Positions 1 through 7,833 of a DNA stretch of 14,601 nucleotides are shown in pieces. Origin of the DNA: Candidatus Thorarchaeota archaeon (lineage in GTDB: Archaea; Asgardarchaeota; Thorarchaeia; Thorarchaeales; Thorarchaeaceae); NCBI GenBank assembly GCA_046758445.1, contig JBHIAE010000064.1, positions 1-14,601 of the forward strand, in the 5' to 3' direction. A program made the position numbers and the translations under genes. The notes below the pieces were generated by a model. That model had not been told where the DNA came from and searched no databases. It saw only the letters and a list, made by a program, of their open reading frames with translations. Numbering within the stretch: the stretch's first letter is position 1; every line of letters begins with the position of its first letter.

Positions 1-1064
1 GGTGCCATTTCAGCAACAATCGAATAGCTTGATGACTGTATGACCACGTGCGATGCACCAATGAGAAATGAAGAGAGAAGAGCCAATGCAAGCGTCGGGG
101 TGACTATGAGCCATGAAATCCCGAGGAGTGACAAGACAACTCCAACCATCATGACCTTTCTATCACTGGCCTTGGCAACCACTGATCCAACCAAGAGCCC
201 TGCAATCATGGATGCAATACTGCCCACATTACTGTAGAGTGCAATCTCTTCGCCCGTCGCATTGAATCCTGTCGGGTCCGCGATAAAGAGAGCCGTGATT
301 ATCGCAATGGAGTTTCTCCCGAAGTTGATGAATATCAACGCTGCTATGAAGATCAAGTATCCAACACGCAGCGCGGAGGGAAGTGCGCTGAGTGGATAGT
401 CCTCTTGAGTTGCGGCCTCGTCAGATTCCTGCGTTCCTTCCTCCTTCTTGAGACGGATTGAGAAGTAGACGATGATGCTCGAGAAGATCATGACTACAGC
501 CGCGATGTTGAATATGATTCCATTGGCAAACCCTGCACCATTATCATAGAGGAACCCACCAAGATAGGCTCCACCTAGCCCCCCAAAGCCTCCAATGATT
601 GAGAACTGCCCCATGATCCTCTTTCTCTCATCGATCTCGGTCAATACTGAGATTAATGCTGACCAACCGACATTGGACATACTCCAGAAGACTTCGATGC
701 CTCCAAGGCTGAGTATTATCACATAACCAGCAATGACTAGCTGATTCATTCCAAGAAAGAACATGTATCCAAAAACCATGAAGAAATGACCAATGCCTGC
801 AAGGAATTCTCCTATGACTACGAACTCCCTGGGCTTTCGGTACTTGTCAAGTAGATTGCCCCAGAGGAATGATTGAGTAAGGGCATTGGCTATCATCCCG
901 ACTGTAGCCATCAGAGTCACTTCGGTAGTTGAGAGGCCAAGTGACCGAAGGTATATTGACAAGAAGGCGTACACTATAGATCTTCGAAAATCGATGAGAA
1001 TCTGGAATGTAGATAGCCCAGTGAATTCTCGAGCTTTGAGCCTTGAGTAGTTAAGTATCTTCAA
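1..1064 (-). CDS. MFS transporter (3' end outside the window)
   Basis: Not in the ORF track; translated by hand at both ends and one internal stretch, all in one frame. TTG at 1064-1062, with an upstream in-frame TAG at 1076-1074. Reads MKILNYSRLKAREFTGLSTFQILIDFRRSIVYAFLSIYLRSLGLSTTEVTLMATVGMIANALTQSFLWGNLLDKYRKPR... The WGNLLDKYRKPR loop resembles MFS motif A. Many hydrophobic helices follow, ending ...GASHVVIQSSSYSIVAEMAP at the window edge. Confidence 0.85.
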   Translation of the reverse strand, partial: MKILNYSRLKAREFTGLSTFQILIDFRRSIVYAFLSIYLRSLGLSTTEVTLMATVGMIANALTQSFLWGNLLDKYRKPREFVVIGEFLAGIGHFFMVFGYMFFLGMNQLVIAGYVIILSLGGIEVFWSMSNVGWSALISVLTEIDERKRIMGQFSIIGGFGGLGGAYLGGFLYDNGAGFANGIIFNIAAVVMIFSSIIVYFSIRLKKEEGTQESDEAATQEDYPLSALPSALRVGYLIFIAALIFINFGRNSIAIITALFIADPTGFNATGEEIALYSNVGSIASMIAGLLVGSVVAKASDRKVMMVGVVLSLLGISWLIVTPTLALALLSSFLIGASHVVIQSSSYSIVAEMA

Positions 1065-1282
1065 ACTAGATTTCTAGGACTAATCTCCATCTTAAATACC
1101 ATTTTCTACCAACTCAGCTTTCTGGGAGCGTCTTTGCATCATCCAGCATTTGGAGATACCAGTATCTATAACACATTTGCTGCACTGTTGGAGGTATAAG
1201 AAATGAAAAGGTAAGACATCAAAGTGGATTTGAACAGAAATAAAGGCATGTCTTTCTTGCATATCACAAGGCATATTCCCCA

Positions 1283-2507
1283 ATGAGGTACACCAAAATG
1301 GCATCTCTAAGAAGCTACAAACGAGTTGTTGGAGAAAGAAAGTTGGAACAACTTCAGAGCAAAGCGGAACAATTATCCAAGTATCATATCCTTTCAATTA
1401 GCTCCACTTATCAAGGGGGAGGCGTTGCTGAGATGCTTAATAGTATGGCTCCGATGTTTCATGATATGGGAATAGATTTCGGCTGGAGAATTCTACATGG
1501 GACCCCTGACTTCTTTAGAATTACAAAGGAATTCCACAATGCACTCCAAGGTGATAATATCAATCTTTCAAAAAGAATGAAGAAAACATACATCGAAACC
1601 AATGAACGCTTCTCAAAATTCACACATGTAGATAATCACGACCTCGTTATAGTTAATGATCCCCAACCACTGGCATTGATTGATTTCTTTGAAAAAAGAC
1701 AGCCATGGATTCTTAGAGTTCACATAGACATATCTCATCCAGAGCCAAGACTCTGGATGTATCTAAAAGGGTTCATCGAGAAATATACACAATTGATTAT
1801 CTCAATGAATGAATATAGGAAATCCTTACGTATTCCACAAAGTGTTATTCATCCCGGAATAGACCCCTTAAGTGAGAAGAATAAGAAACTCTCTAAGAAT
1901 ACAATTGATAGACATCTTACTAAGAATGGAATCAATATAGAAAGACCGATAGTATCTCAAATATCAAGGTTTGATAAATGGAAAGACCCGATTGGAGTCA
2001 TAAGAGTCTTTGAAAAGGTTAGACAAAAAGCGAATTGTCAATTAGCTTTGATTGGATCTTTTGCAAGAGATGATCCAGAGGGGCATCAAATCTACGAAAA
2101 GGTTAGTAAAAGAGTTGAAAAAAAGCAAATACGAGAAAGACATCACAATACTCCTGAACGGAACTGATATCTTGGTAAATAGCCTACAATCCGCTTCCTC
2201 AGTCGTAATTCAAAAATCTCAAAGGGAAGGCTTCGGATTAGTAGTTTCAGAAGCACTATGGAAAGGTACACCTGTTGTTGCTTCAAATGTGGGAGGAATT
2301 CCATTACAAGTAATTGATGGGGTGAATGGCTTCTTACAAGAACCAAAAGATGTCAGGGGTTTTGCTGAGAGCATAATTAAACTTTTAGAAAATGAGAAAC
2401 TGAGGAGGGATATGGGCGAAACTGGAAGAGAACATGTGAAGCATAATTTCCTGATTACTAGAGTAATGATGGAATGGCTTGATGTATTTGAGAAATACTT
2501 GGATTAG
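1283..2507 (+). pseudogene. treT: Trehalose synthase TreT-type glycosyltransferase (GT4), frameshifted at the A7 run 2118-2124 (true pseudogene or sequencing error)
   Basis: ORF 1283-2167 has TreT motifs STYQGGGVAEML, FFRITKEFHNALQG, NDPQP, RVHID, IDPLSEKN, SRFDKWKDP and DDPEG. ORF 2052-2507 continues with QKSQREGFGLVVSEALWKGTPVVASNVGGIP (GT4 E-x7-E). Removing one A joins them as ...VEKSKYEKD..., giving 407 aa, a normal TreT length. Confidence 0.88.
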
Positions 2508-2560
2508 AAATTCTTCAGCGTATACAAGGCCAACGATCTGCAACATGTGATACCGTGTAC

Positions 2561-2567
2561 TTATAAT
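2561..2567 (+). promoter_or_regulatory. Putative archaeal TATA box for the TPS/TPP gene
   Basis: TTATAAT lies about 25-30 nt upstream of the in-frame TTG at 2590 and about 45-50 nt upstream of ATG 2611. Confidence 0.4.
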
Positions 2568-2610
2568 GCGTCGCCAACAGTAGATGTGATTGGAGATTAC
2601 AGAGAAACAT

Positions 2611-4800
2611 ATGAATAGATTATTGATCGTTTCAAATAGACTACCCATTAAGGTAAAGAAAGAGAACCAACTGGAATTTGAAGAAAGTGTAGGTGGACTA
2701 GCGACAGGTTTGAGTTCATTCTACAAGTCACATGGAGGTCTTTGGATAGGATGGCCTGGTGTTACACTTGAACAAATCGATGGACAGGAAAACGAAGTCA
2801 ACACCAGATTGAGAGTCGAGAAATGTTATCCAGTATATATCTCCCGGCAAGATATCGAAGACTATTATGAAGGATTCTGTAATAAGACAATTTGGCCTCT
2901 TTTCCATTACTTCCCCCAATATACCGAATATGGTGAGATTACGTGGAATTCTTACAAGAAGGTGAATCAGATCTTTTTTGATGCGATTATGGAGGAAATT
3001 GAGCCAGGTGATACCATTTGGGTGCACGATTATCACCTTATGCTATTACCAGAACTCATAAGAAAAGAAATTCCAGATGCGACAATAGGCTTCTTCCTTC
3101 ACATTCCATTCCCCTCTTTTGAAGTGTTCCGACTCCTTCCTTGGCGAAAGGAAATTCTAAATGGACTTCTGGGAGCAGATCTCATAGGATTTCATGCATT
3201 CGACTATGTCCGACATTTTAATTCGAGTATTGGTCGACTGTTAGGTTTAGAATCCGCTCTTGGTCAGATCAAGGTTGGTAATCGTGTAGTAAAAGCAGAT
3301 ACTTTTCCTATGGGTATAGACTATGAAGGATTTGCAGGCTCAGTACATGAGTCAGCGGTACAAGACGAAATCAAGAGAATCCGGGAGGAGGTAGGCAAGC
3401 GGAAGATCCTCTTTTCCATTGACAGATTGGACTACACTAAAGGCATATTGGAAAGATTGGAATCGTTTGACCTGTTTTTAGACAAGAATCCAGAATACAA
3501 AGAGAAGGTTGTTTTGATTCTTGCAGCAGTCCCTTCTCGAACAGGAGTAGATCAGTATGAACTGCTGAAAAAGCAGTTGGATGAGTCAGTCGGCAGAATT
3601 AACGGAAAACACGGAACGATTGGGTGGGTGCCCGTTTGGTATCAATACAGATTCTTGCCATTTCATCTTCTCGTTGCCTTATACAATGTCGCAGATATTG
3701 CACTAGTAACTCCTCTGAGAGATGGAATGAACTTAATAGCTAAAGAATTCGTTGCCACTAAGCTAGATAGCAAGGGTGTTCTAATTCTCAGCGAAATGGC
3801 GGGAGCCTCAAGAGAAATGGGAGAAGCCCTCATAATAAATCCTAATGATACCGAGATGGTTGCAAACGCCATTAAGGAAGCCTTGACAATGCCTGAAAAG
3901 CTGCAAATAGAAAACACTAGGGCGATGCAAAGAAAGCTAAGAAGACACAATGTTGTCCGTTGGGCTGAGAATTTTGTTGAGGAATTGAAATCGATTAAGA
4001 GAGTTCAGCAAGACCTCCATGCGGCAAAACTAACAGATGAAAGGAAAATGAGGCTAATTACCGACTATCTTGAAAGCAATAAACGATTGATACTATTGGA
4101 TTATGATGGGACACTCAGTCCCCTCGTAGAAAAACCCTCAGCAGCAAAACCTGATGTTGAACTCCTAACGATGCTGAAGAGTATTGATGAGGATGCAAGA
4201 AACACAATCGTCCTAGTAAGCGGGCGGGATAAGGGAATATTGGACGAGTGGTTTAGTAGTCTGAATTTGGATATGATTGCTGAGCATGGTGCATGGCAAA
4301 AAGAGAAGGATAGAAAGTGGCAGATGGTGGAACCTTTGAGAAGCGATTGGAAGGAAGAAATACGGCCACTTCTTGAAGAGTATGAAGATAGAACTCCTGG
4401 CGCTTTAATAGAAGAAAAGGACTATTCTCTCGTTTGGCACTATCGGCGGGTGGATCCAGAATTGGCGATAATCAGGGCGGGAGAGTTGAAATCTGCACTT
4501 TTGGATTATCTTTCCAATCTAGATGTATCTGTTCTAGAGGGGAATAAGGTTATTGAGATTAAGAATGTTGGCTTAAACAAGGGTAGGACAGCATCAAACT
4601 GGATTTCCAAGGATGATTGGGACTTTATTTTGGCAATGGGAGATGATATCACTGATGAGGACGTTTTTGCAGTCTTACCTGAATCAGGATATTCTATTAA
4701 GGTGGGAATAGGACCTTCTCATGCGAGATTCTTTGTGGACTCTTTTGAGGAAGTGAAGTCAATATTGAAAGAATTGGGAGAGGTAGAAAGTGACAAATGA
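2611..4800 (+). CDS. tpsp: Bifunctional trehalose-6-phosphate synthase/phosphatase (GT20 OtsA domain + HAD OtsB domain)
   Basis: GT20 motifs: LIVSNRLP, GGLATGL, WIGWPG, WPLFHY, WVHDYHL, FFLHIPFP, DRLDYTKG, DGMNLIAKE, LSEMAGA. C-terminal HAD motifs: LDYDGTL, VSGR, AEHG, GDDITDED. Alternative start is TTG 2590. Confidence 0.96.
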   Translation: MNRLLIVSNRLPIKVKKENQLEFEESVGGLATGLSSFYKSHGGLWIGWPGVTLEQIDGQENEVNTRLRVEKCYPVYISRQDIEDYYEGFCNKTIWPLFHYFPQYTEYGEITWNSYKKVNQIFFDAIMEEIEPGDTIWVHDYHLMLLPELIRKEIPDATIGFFLHIPFPSFEVFRLLPWRKEILNGLLGADLIGFHAFDYVRHFNSSIGRLLGLESALGQIKVGNRVVKADTFPMGIDYEGFAGSVHESAVQDEIKRIREEVGKRKILFSIDRLDYTKGILERLESFDLFLDKNPEYKEKVVLILAAVPSRTGVDQYELLKKQLDESVGRINGKHGTIGWVPVWYQYRFLPFHLLVALYNVADIALVTPLRDGMNLIAKEFVATKLDSKGVLILSEMAGASREMGEALIINPNDTEMVANAIKEALTMPEKLQIENTRAMQRKLRRHNVVRWAENFVEELKSIKRVQQDLHAAKLTDERKMRLITDYLESNKRLILLDYDGTLSPLVEKPSAAKPDVELLTMLKSIDEDARNTIVLVSGRDKGILDEWFSSLNLDMIAEHGAWQKEKDRKWQMVEPLRSDWKEEIRPLLEEYEDRTPGALIEEKDYSLVWHYRRVDPELAIIRAGELKSALLDYLSNLDVSVLEGNKVIEIKNVGLNKGRTASNWISKDDWDFILAMGDDITDEDVFAVLPESGYSIKVGIGPSHARFFVDSFEEVKSILKELGEVESDK

Positions 4801-4968
4801 CTCCCGTCATCCAATCATTTCAAATCTATTTCAGACATGATTGTGTTCACAGAACAGCTCCAGAAATCTAACATGACACTCTCTGTGATCTTCGCTTGGT
4901 CTTCTTGGAATTCCTCACCAGCCGCGAATACATCGATTCTCTTTCAAGATTCTCTACCCTCGCAACCG

Positions 4969-5300
4969 ATGGTAATCGAATTGCTTGCAACACTTTTCGG
5001 TGTCCACATTACAATAGCACTCGGTGAAGCATTCCAAGCTAATAGAGAGGTAGCGTGAGCAAAGTGGGTAGAGAACGAGCTTGTTGAAGAACTTGAAGAG
5101 ATTCTAGAACAGGCCCAGCGAGAAAGCATAGATGAGCTCCACTCACCAAAATGGACCGCGATCAAAGTGACAGGCATTACAGATAGGATTGAGCCCAGAC
5201 TACAGAGAGTCTTGGCTGATGCCTTTGCGATCTTCGACATCTACAACTACGAGGTCCGTCGATACAAGGAGCATAGCTTCACTGCAAGTCCAGGAGTACC
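4969..5300 (+). pseudogene. Remnant of a membrane-anchored hypothetical protein gene with an in-frame TGA (5056-5058) and probable 3' truncation
   Basis: ORFs 4837-5058 and 5167-5427 share a frame. Read-through gives MVIELLATLFGVHITIALGEAFQANREVA*AKWVENELVEELEEILEQAQRESIDELHSPKWTAIKVTGITDRIEPRLQRVLADAFAIFDIYNYEVRRYKEH, a hydrophobic helix followed by amphipathic helices. Beyond about 5300 it is antisense to the EutA-like gene. Confidence 0.45.
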
Positions 5301-5996
5301 TCGATTGAACAGACTCTTCTCGCGCTTGAGTGTGAGTCGTGAGAAGATAAGATGTGATGTAGACGAGCCAATGTCAATGCCTACACTCAAGACCTTCATG
5401 TACTCTACATTGTCAGCTGGAAGATGACCCATTAGCAGCTCTACTGGTTCAAATGGTTCGTCTTCTTCTACTTCCTCGACTTGAGGTTCTTCTTGTTTCC
5501 TGGAGATTCTGATCTTCACATCCTGTCCACAGTGTTCAGGAAGTTCGACCTCGTCTTCTGAATTGAGAATCTGCATCTTCTTCTCATGGGGCACATCGAC
5601 TTCCTCCCCACAGACGGTGCAAAAGAAAGTGATGTCAATCGACTGGTCACTACCAGGCATCACTGGTCCATCTCTTCGAGGAGCTGGTTTCTTCTTATGT
5701 CGGTGTGCACCTTCCCATGGAGCCTTGAACATCCATTGGACCATTGTCAGAAGAGTATCGAATTCTTCACTTGGCTGCAGGACTGAGGCCAGTGCGGGCT
5801 TGAAGGAAACAATGAGTCTACGAATTCCTTCTACTTCTGATGCGGCTTCATGTTCATGTTGCTGTAATAATGCAGTGTAATTCTGTTCAAACAACTTGCC
5901 CAAGGCATCAGCATCTTCGCTGAAGTGCTCCCCAAAGAAATCCTTGACAACTCTAAGGACATAATACTTCATGTTCTCTGCTTTGTCGACCGTCAT
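5247..5996 (-). pseudogene. eutA: Zn-ribbon-containing protein with the start of an EutA-like (ASKHA/actin-fold ATPase) domain, 3'-truncated
   Basis: Helical N-terminus, then CTVC...EHCG putative Zn ribbon and an acidic linker, then VLSVGIDIGSSTSHLIFSRLTL. The last closely matches the EutA N-terminus as recalled (LLSVGIDIGTTTTQVIFSRLEL). Similarity stops about 10 residues later and the ORF ends, whereas EutA normally continues for more than 400 aa. Confidence 0.65.
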
Positions 5997-6058
5997 GTCT
6001 GATCATCCTTGAAACAGTAGAGGTTCTAAGCAACTGGGATTCCCATATAAGACATATG

Positions 6059-6090
6059 TTTATATATTAAATAATACGATATTGTATTAT
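6059..6090 (+). promoter_or_regulatory. TATA box plus 20-bp palindromic operator candidate overlapping the start codon
   Basis: TTTATATATT at 6059-6068. ATAATACGATATTGTATTAT at 6071-6090 matches its reverse complement at 18/20 positions. ATG is at 6089. Confidence 0.6.
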
Positions 6091-6454
6091 GCCCAGGAAG
6101 AGACGAACTCTGGCTGAGCGTGCAGAATCGATCTTTGAGTTCATCAATGCTCAGGGAGAGCCATTTCCAAAATCAAAGCTCCAAGCTATTGGACTCAATC
6201 CGTCAACGGCCGAGAATTGGGTCCGACTGATTGAGTACATTCAGAGTCAACCGCGAATCAGGATTACTCGTTTGGGGTCAACAACATACATCGAACAGCT
6301 AGAGAATCGGTACCTAAGCATGCTCAGAAAGAGAATCCTTGATTCGAAGCTCTCATTGAAAGAACGGTCGAAGACTATGGATGACTATATAGCGGCACTC
6401 ATTACACTTGAACGAGCAGAGATGGCCCGAATCAAGAAGATACCGTCGAGATGA
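6089..6454 (+). CDS. Hypothetical protein, probable winged-helix DNA-binding protein
   Basis: 121 aa, basic N-terminus (MPRKRRT). Predicted helix-helix-turn-helix (FPKSKLQAIGLNPSTAENWVRLIEYIQ), then a beta-hairpin wing (RIRITRLGSTTYIE) and C-terminal helices. Fold is inferred from pattern only. Confidence 0.7.
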   Translation: MPRKRRTLAERAESIFEFINAQGEPFPKSKLQAIGLNPSTAENWVRLIEYIQSQPRIRITRLGSTTYIEQLENRYLSMLRKRILDSKLSLKERSKTMDDYIAALITLERAEMARIKKIPSR

Positions 6455-6459
6455 TACCT

Positions 6460-6885
6460 CTACTTATCCAACACAAGTATCCTAGGCAGCTTCAAGAGTT
6501 TCCCCAAGTTTCTGCCAGAGGTACCTCCTCTGTAGCGGAGCCTTCTCTTCCCGTACCTGTTTCTTGTCGTCATCATCTTGAGGGTAGAGTATTTCCCGTT
6601 TGTGAAGTACATCAAGTCCTCTGGATCAGCGATGAGCTCCAAGTCGTATGCATCCAGCTTTCCCTTGTTGAGTTTGTATTCGCCGCCGCCAGAAACAAGG
6701 TTCACCCATAGGACGAATTCCTCTTCTGCGTGGAGGCCTATGTTGATTCTGGCTTGGAATTCGTTGAGAGTCTTCGTGTTCCTGGGATTCTTTCGTTTAT
6801 CGGCAATGACATCTTTGACCACAGCCCTGAATGTCAGGAACAGTGTTTCTTGTGCTGCTTCATCCATTGCGTTCCACCCAGTCAT
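6460..6885 (-). CDS. SCP2 sterol/lipid-binding domain-like protein (divergent)
   Basis: 141 aa with SCP2-like topology: N-terminal helix, strands, GKLDAYDLELIADPEDLMYFTNGKYSTLKMM, then RLRYRG...LGKLLKL. Starts 2 nt after the stop of the upstream SCP2 gene. Confidence 0.65.
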   Translation of the reverse strand: MTGWNAMDEAAQETLFLTFRAVVKDVIADKRKNPRNTKTLNEFQARINIGLHAEEEFVLWVNLVSGGGEYKLNKGKLDAYDLELIADPEDLMYFTNGKYSTLKMMTTRNRYGKRRLRYRGGTSGRNLGKLLKLPRILVLDK

Positions 6886-6887
6886 GC

Positions 6888-7337
6888 TTAGTAGAGTTCG
6901 GTATCAATCAGTGTGGCAGTTCGTACCAACTCTTTGGCGGCATCAGTGGCCTTCAGCACCTTTGCCATGTCCCCCTCTATCTTTGCTTGGCCGCTGAGGA
7001 GAGCACGAATCGGGTCCAATTCACCATTTAAGATCTGCACCCATGTGTCGTAGCCTGCTTCATAGGTGTATTCCACTGCGAGCTTGTCCTCGCTGCTTGC
7101 GCTCTCTCCAGGCCTCACAACCTCGTATTCATTCGCCGATGAAACAGGCTTGACACCTGTGCACTTTCCGTGGCTTAGGCCGACAAAGGCCATAGCATCG
7201 CCATCCAAATTGCCGGCGGCCTTGACAATGAAGACGAAATCTCCGGTCCACCAAGATGCGGCCTTGGCATAGGCCTCGTTTGCGTTGAGTGCTTCCTTAT
7301 AGACATCTAACCATTCTTCTGACATGAACTTCGGCAT
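6888..7337 (-). CDS. SCP2 sterol/lipid-binding domain protein
   Basis: Likely start is ATG 7337, preceded by SD-like GAGGAG at 7352-7347; 149 aa. FMSEEWLDVYKEALNANEAYAKAASWWTGDF and YDTWVQILNGELDPIRALLSGQAKIEGDMAKVLK are typical SCP2 signatures. The ORF-track extension to 7505 overlaps moaD. Confidence 0.88.
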   Translation of the reverse strand: MPKFMSEEWLDVYKEALNANEAYAKAASWWTGDFVFIVKAAGNLDGDAMAFVGLSHGKCTGVKPVSSANEYEVVRPGESASSEDKLAVEYTYEAGYDTWVQILNGELDPIRALLSGQAKIEGDMAKVLKATDAAKELVRTATLIDTELY

Positions 7338-7467
7338 TGTAGTCAGCTCCTCAAATGTCGCCCACTTTAAACCGTTCGGTTCTTGTTGCTGCAACAAGAG
7401 AGACTGTGTGATAAATAGAGCGTCGTGAGAAGTGAGTGTCATTAGAGGGCCTTCATTGCTGAACCCT

Positions 7468-7749
7468 TCAACCACCGGCAACCACCGGAAAGAACGATAT
7501 CTCATCCCCCGATGACAGACCAGTTTCTATCCCTGAGAGGAACCTTATCTCCCTGCCGTTCTTGAGGATAGTAATGTCGGACTTGGTCTCTTGGTTCTTG
7601 TCAAGGAGGGCTTCTCGAATCTTCGAATCCAGGAGTAGCTTTTTGAGAAGCTCGGAGATGGTGGCGCCTTCTTCTAGGTCCAGCTCCATTGTGCCCTTCT
7701 TGCCGACGAGGTCACGCAGATGCGCGTAGAACCTCACCCTTACCTTCAT
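7468..7749 (-). CDS. moaD: MoaD/ThiS/SAMP-family ubiquitin-like sulfur carrier
   Basis: 93 aa beta-grasp pattern MKVRVRFYAHLRDLVG...ILKNGREI...LSSGDEISFFPVVAGG with C-terminal di-glycine. SD-like GGAGGAG at 7761-7755. Adjacent to a pterin-cofactor AOR. Confidence 0.93.
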   Translation of the reverse strand: MKVRVRFYAHLRDLVGKKGTMELDLEEGATISELLKKLLLDSKIREALLDKNQETKSDITILKNGREIRFLSGIETGLSSGDEISFFPVVAGG

Positions 7750-7781
7750 ACGAGCTCCTCCCGTGTTTGGGCGAACATCAG

Positions 7782-7793
7782 GCTTATAAAAGC
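7782..7793. promoter_or_regulatory. Candidate shared TATA element between the divergent moaD and AOR-ligase genes
   Basis: GCTTATAAAAGC reads TTATAAAA on + and TTTTATAA on -. It is the most AT-rich box in the 84-bp intergenic region, 35-50 nt from each start. Confidence 0.45.
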
Positions 7794-7833
7794 GTATAGA
7801 ACCGCTTACTGAGCAATCGAGGTCTCTCTCACT

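Noticed and set aside
2119-2125. A-AAA-AAG heptamer in treT as a programmed -1 ribosomal frameshift site
   Set aside because: The motif is in register, but the downstream half is in the +1 frame (codon starts at mod 3 = 0 versus 2), so a -1 slip would not restore the protein.
1060-4833. TTCAAACTAGATTTC versus TTCAAATCTATTTC as a target-site duplication flanking the trehalose cassette
   Set aside because: Short, imperfect and AT-rich; compatible with chance.
5056-5058. In-frame TGA as selenocysteine
   Set aside because: The context is a helical non-redox segment with no Cys-type motif, the gene appears truncated, and no SECIS was recognised. A nonsense mutation is simpler.
7338-7505. N-terminal extension of the SCP2 ORF in the ORF track
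   Set aside because: It overlaps moaD, and ATG 7337 has an SD-like sequence and begins the recognisable domain.
7468-7749. MoaD as an acyl carrier loaded by the fused ANL domain
   Set aside because: MoaD/SAMP proteins are activated by MoeB/E1-type enzymes, and moaD next to aor is already explained by cofactor synthesis.
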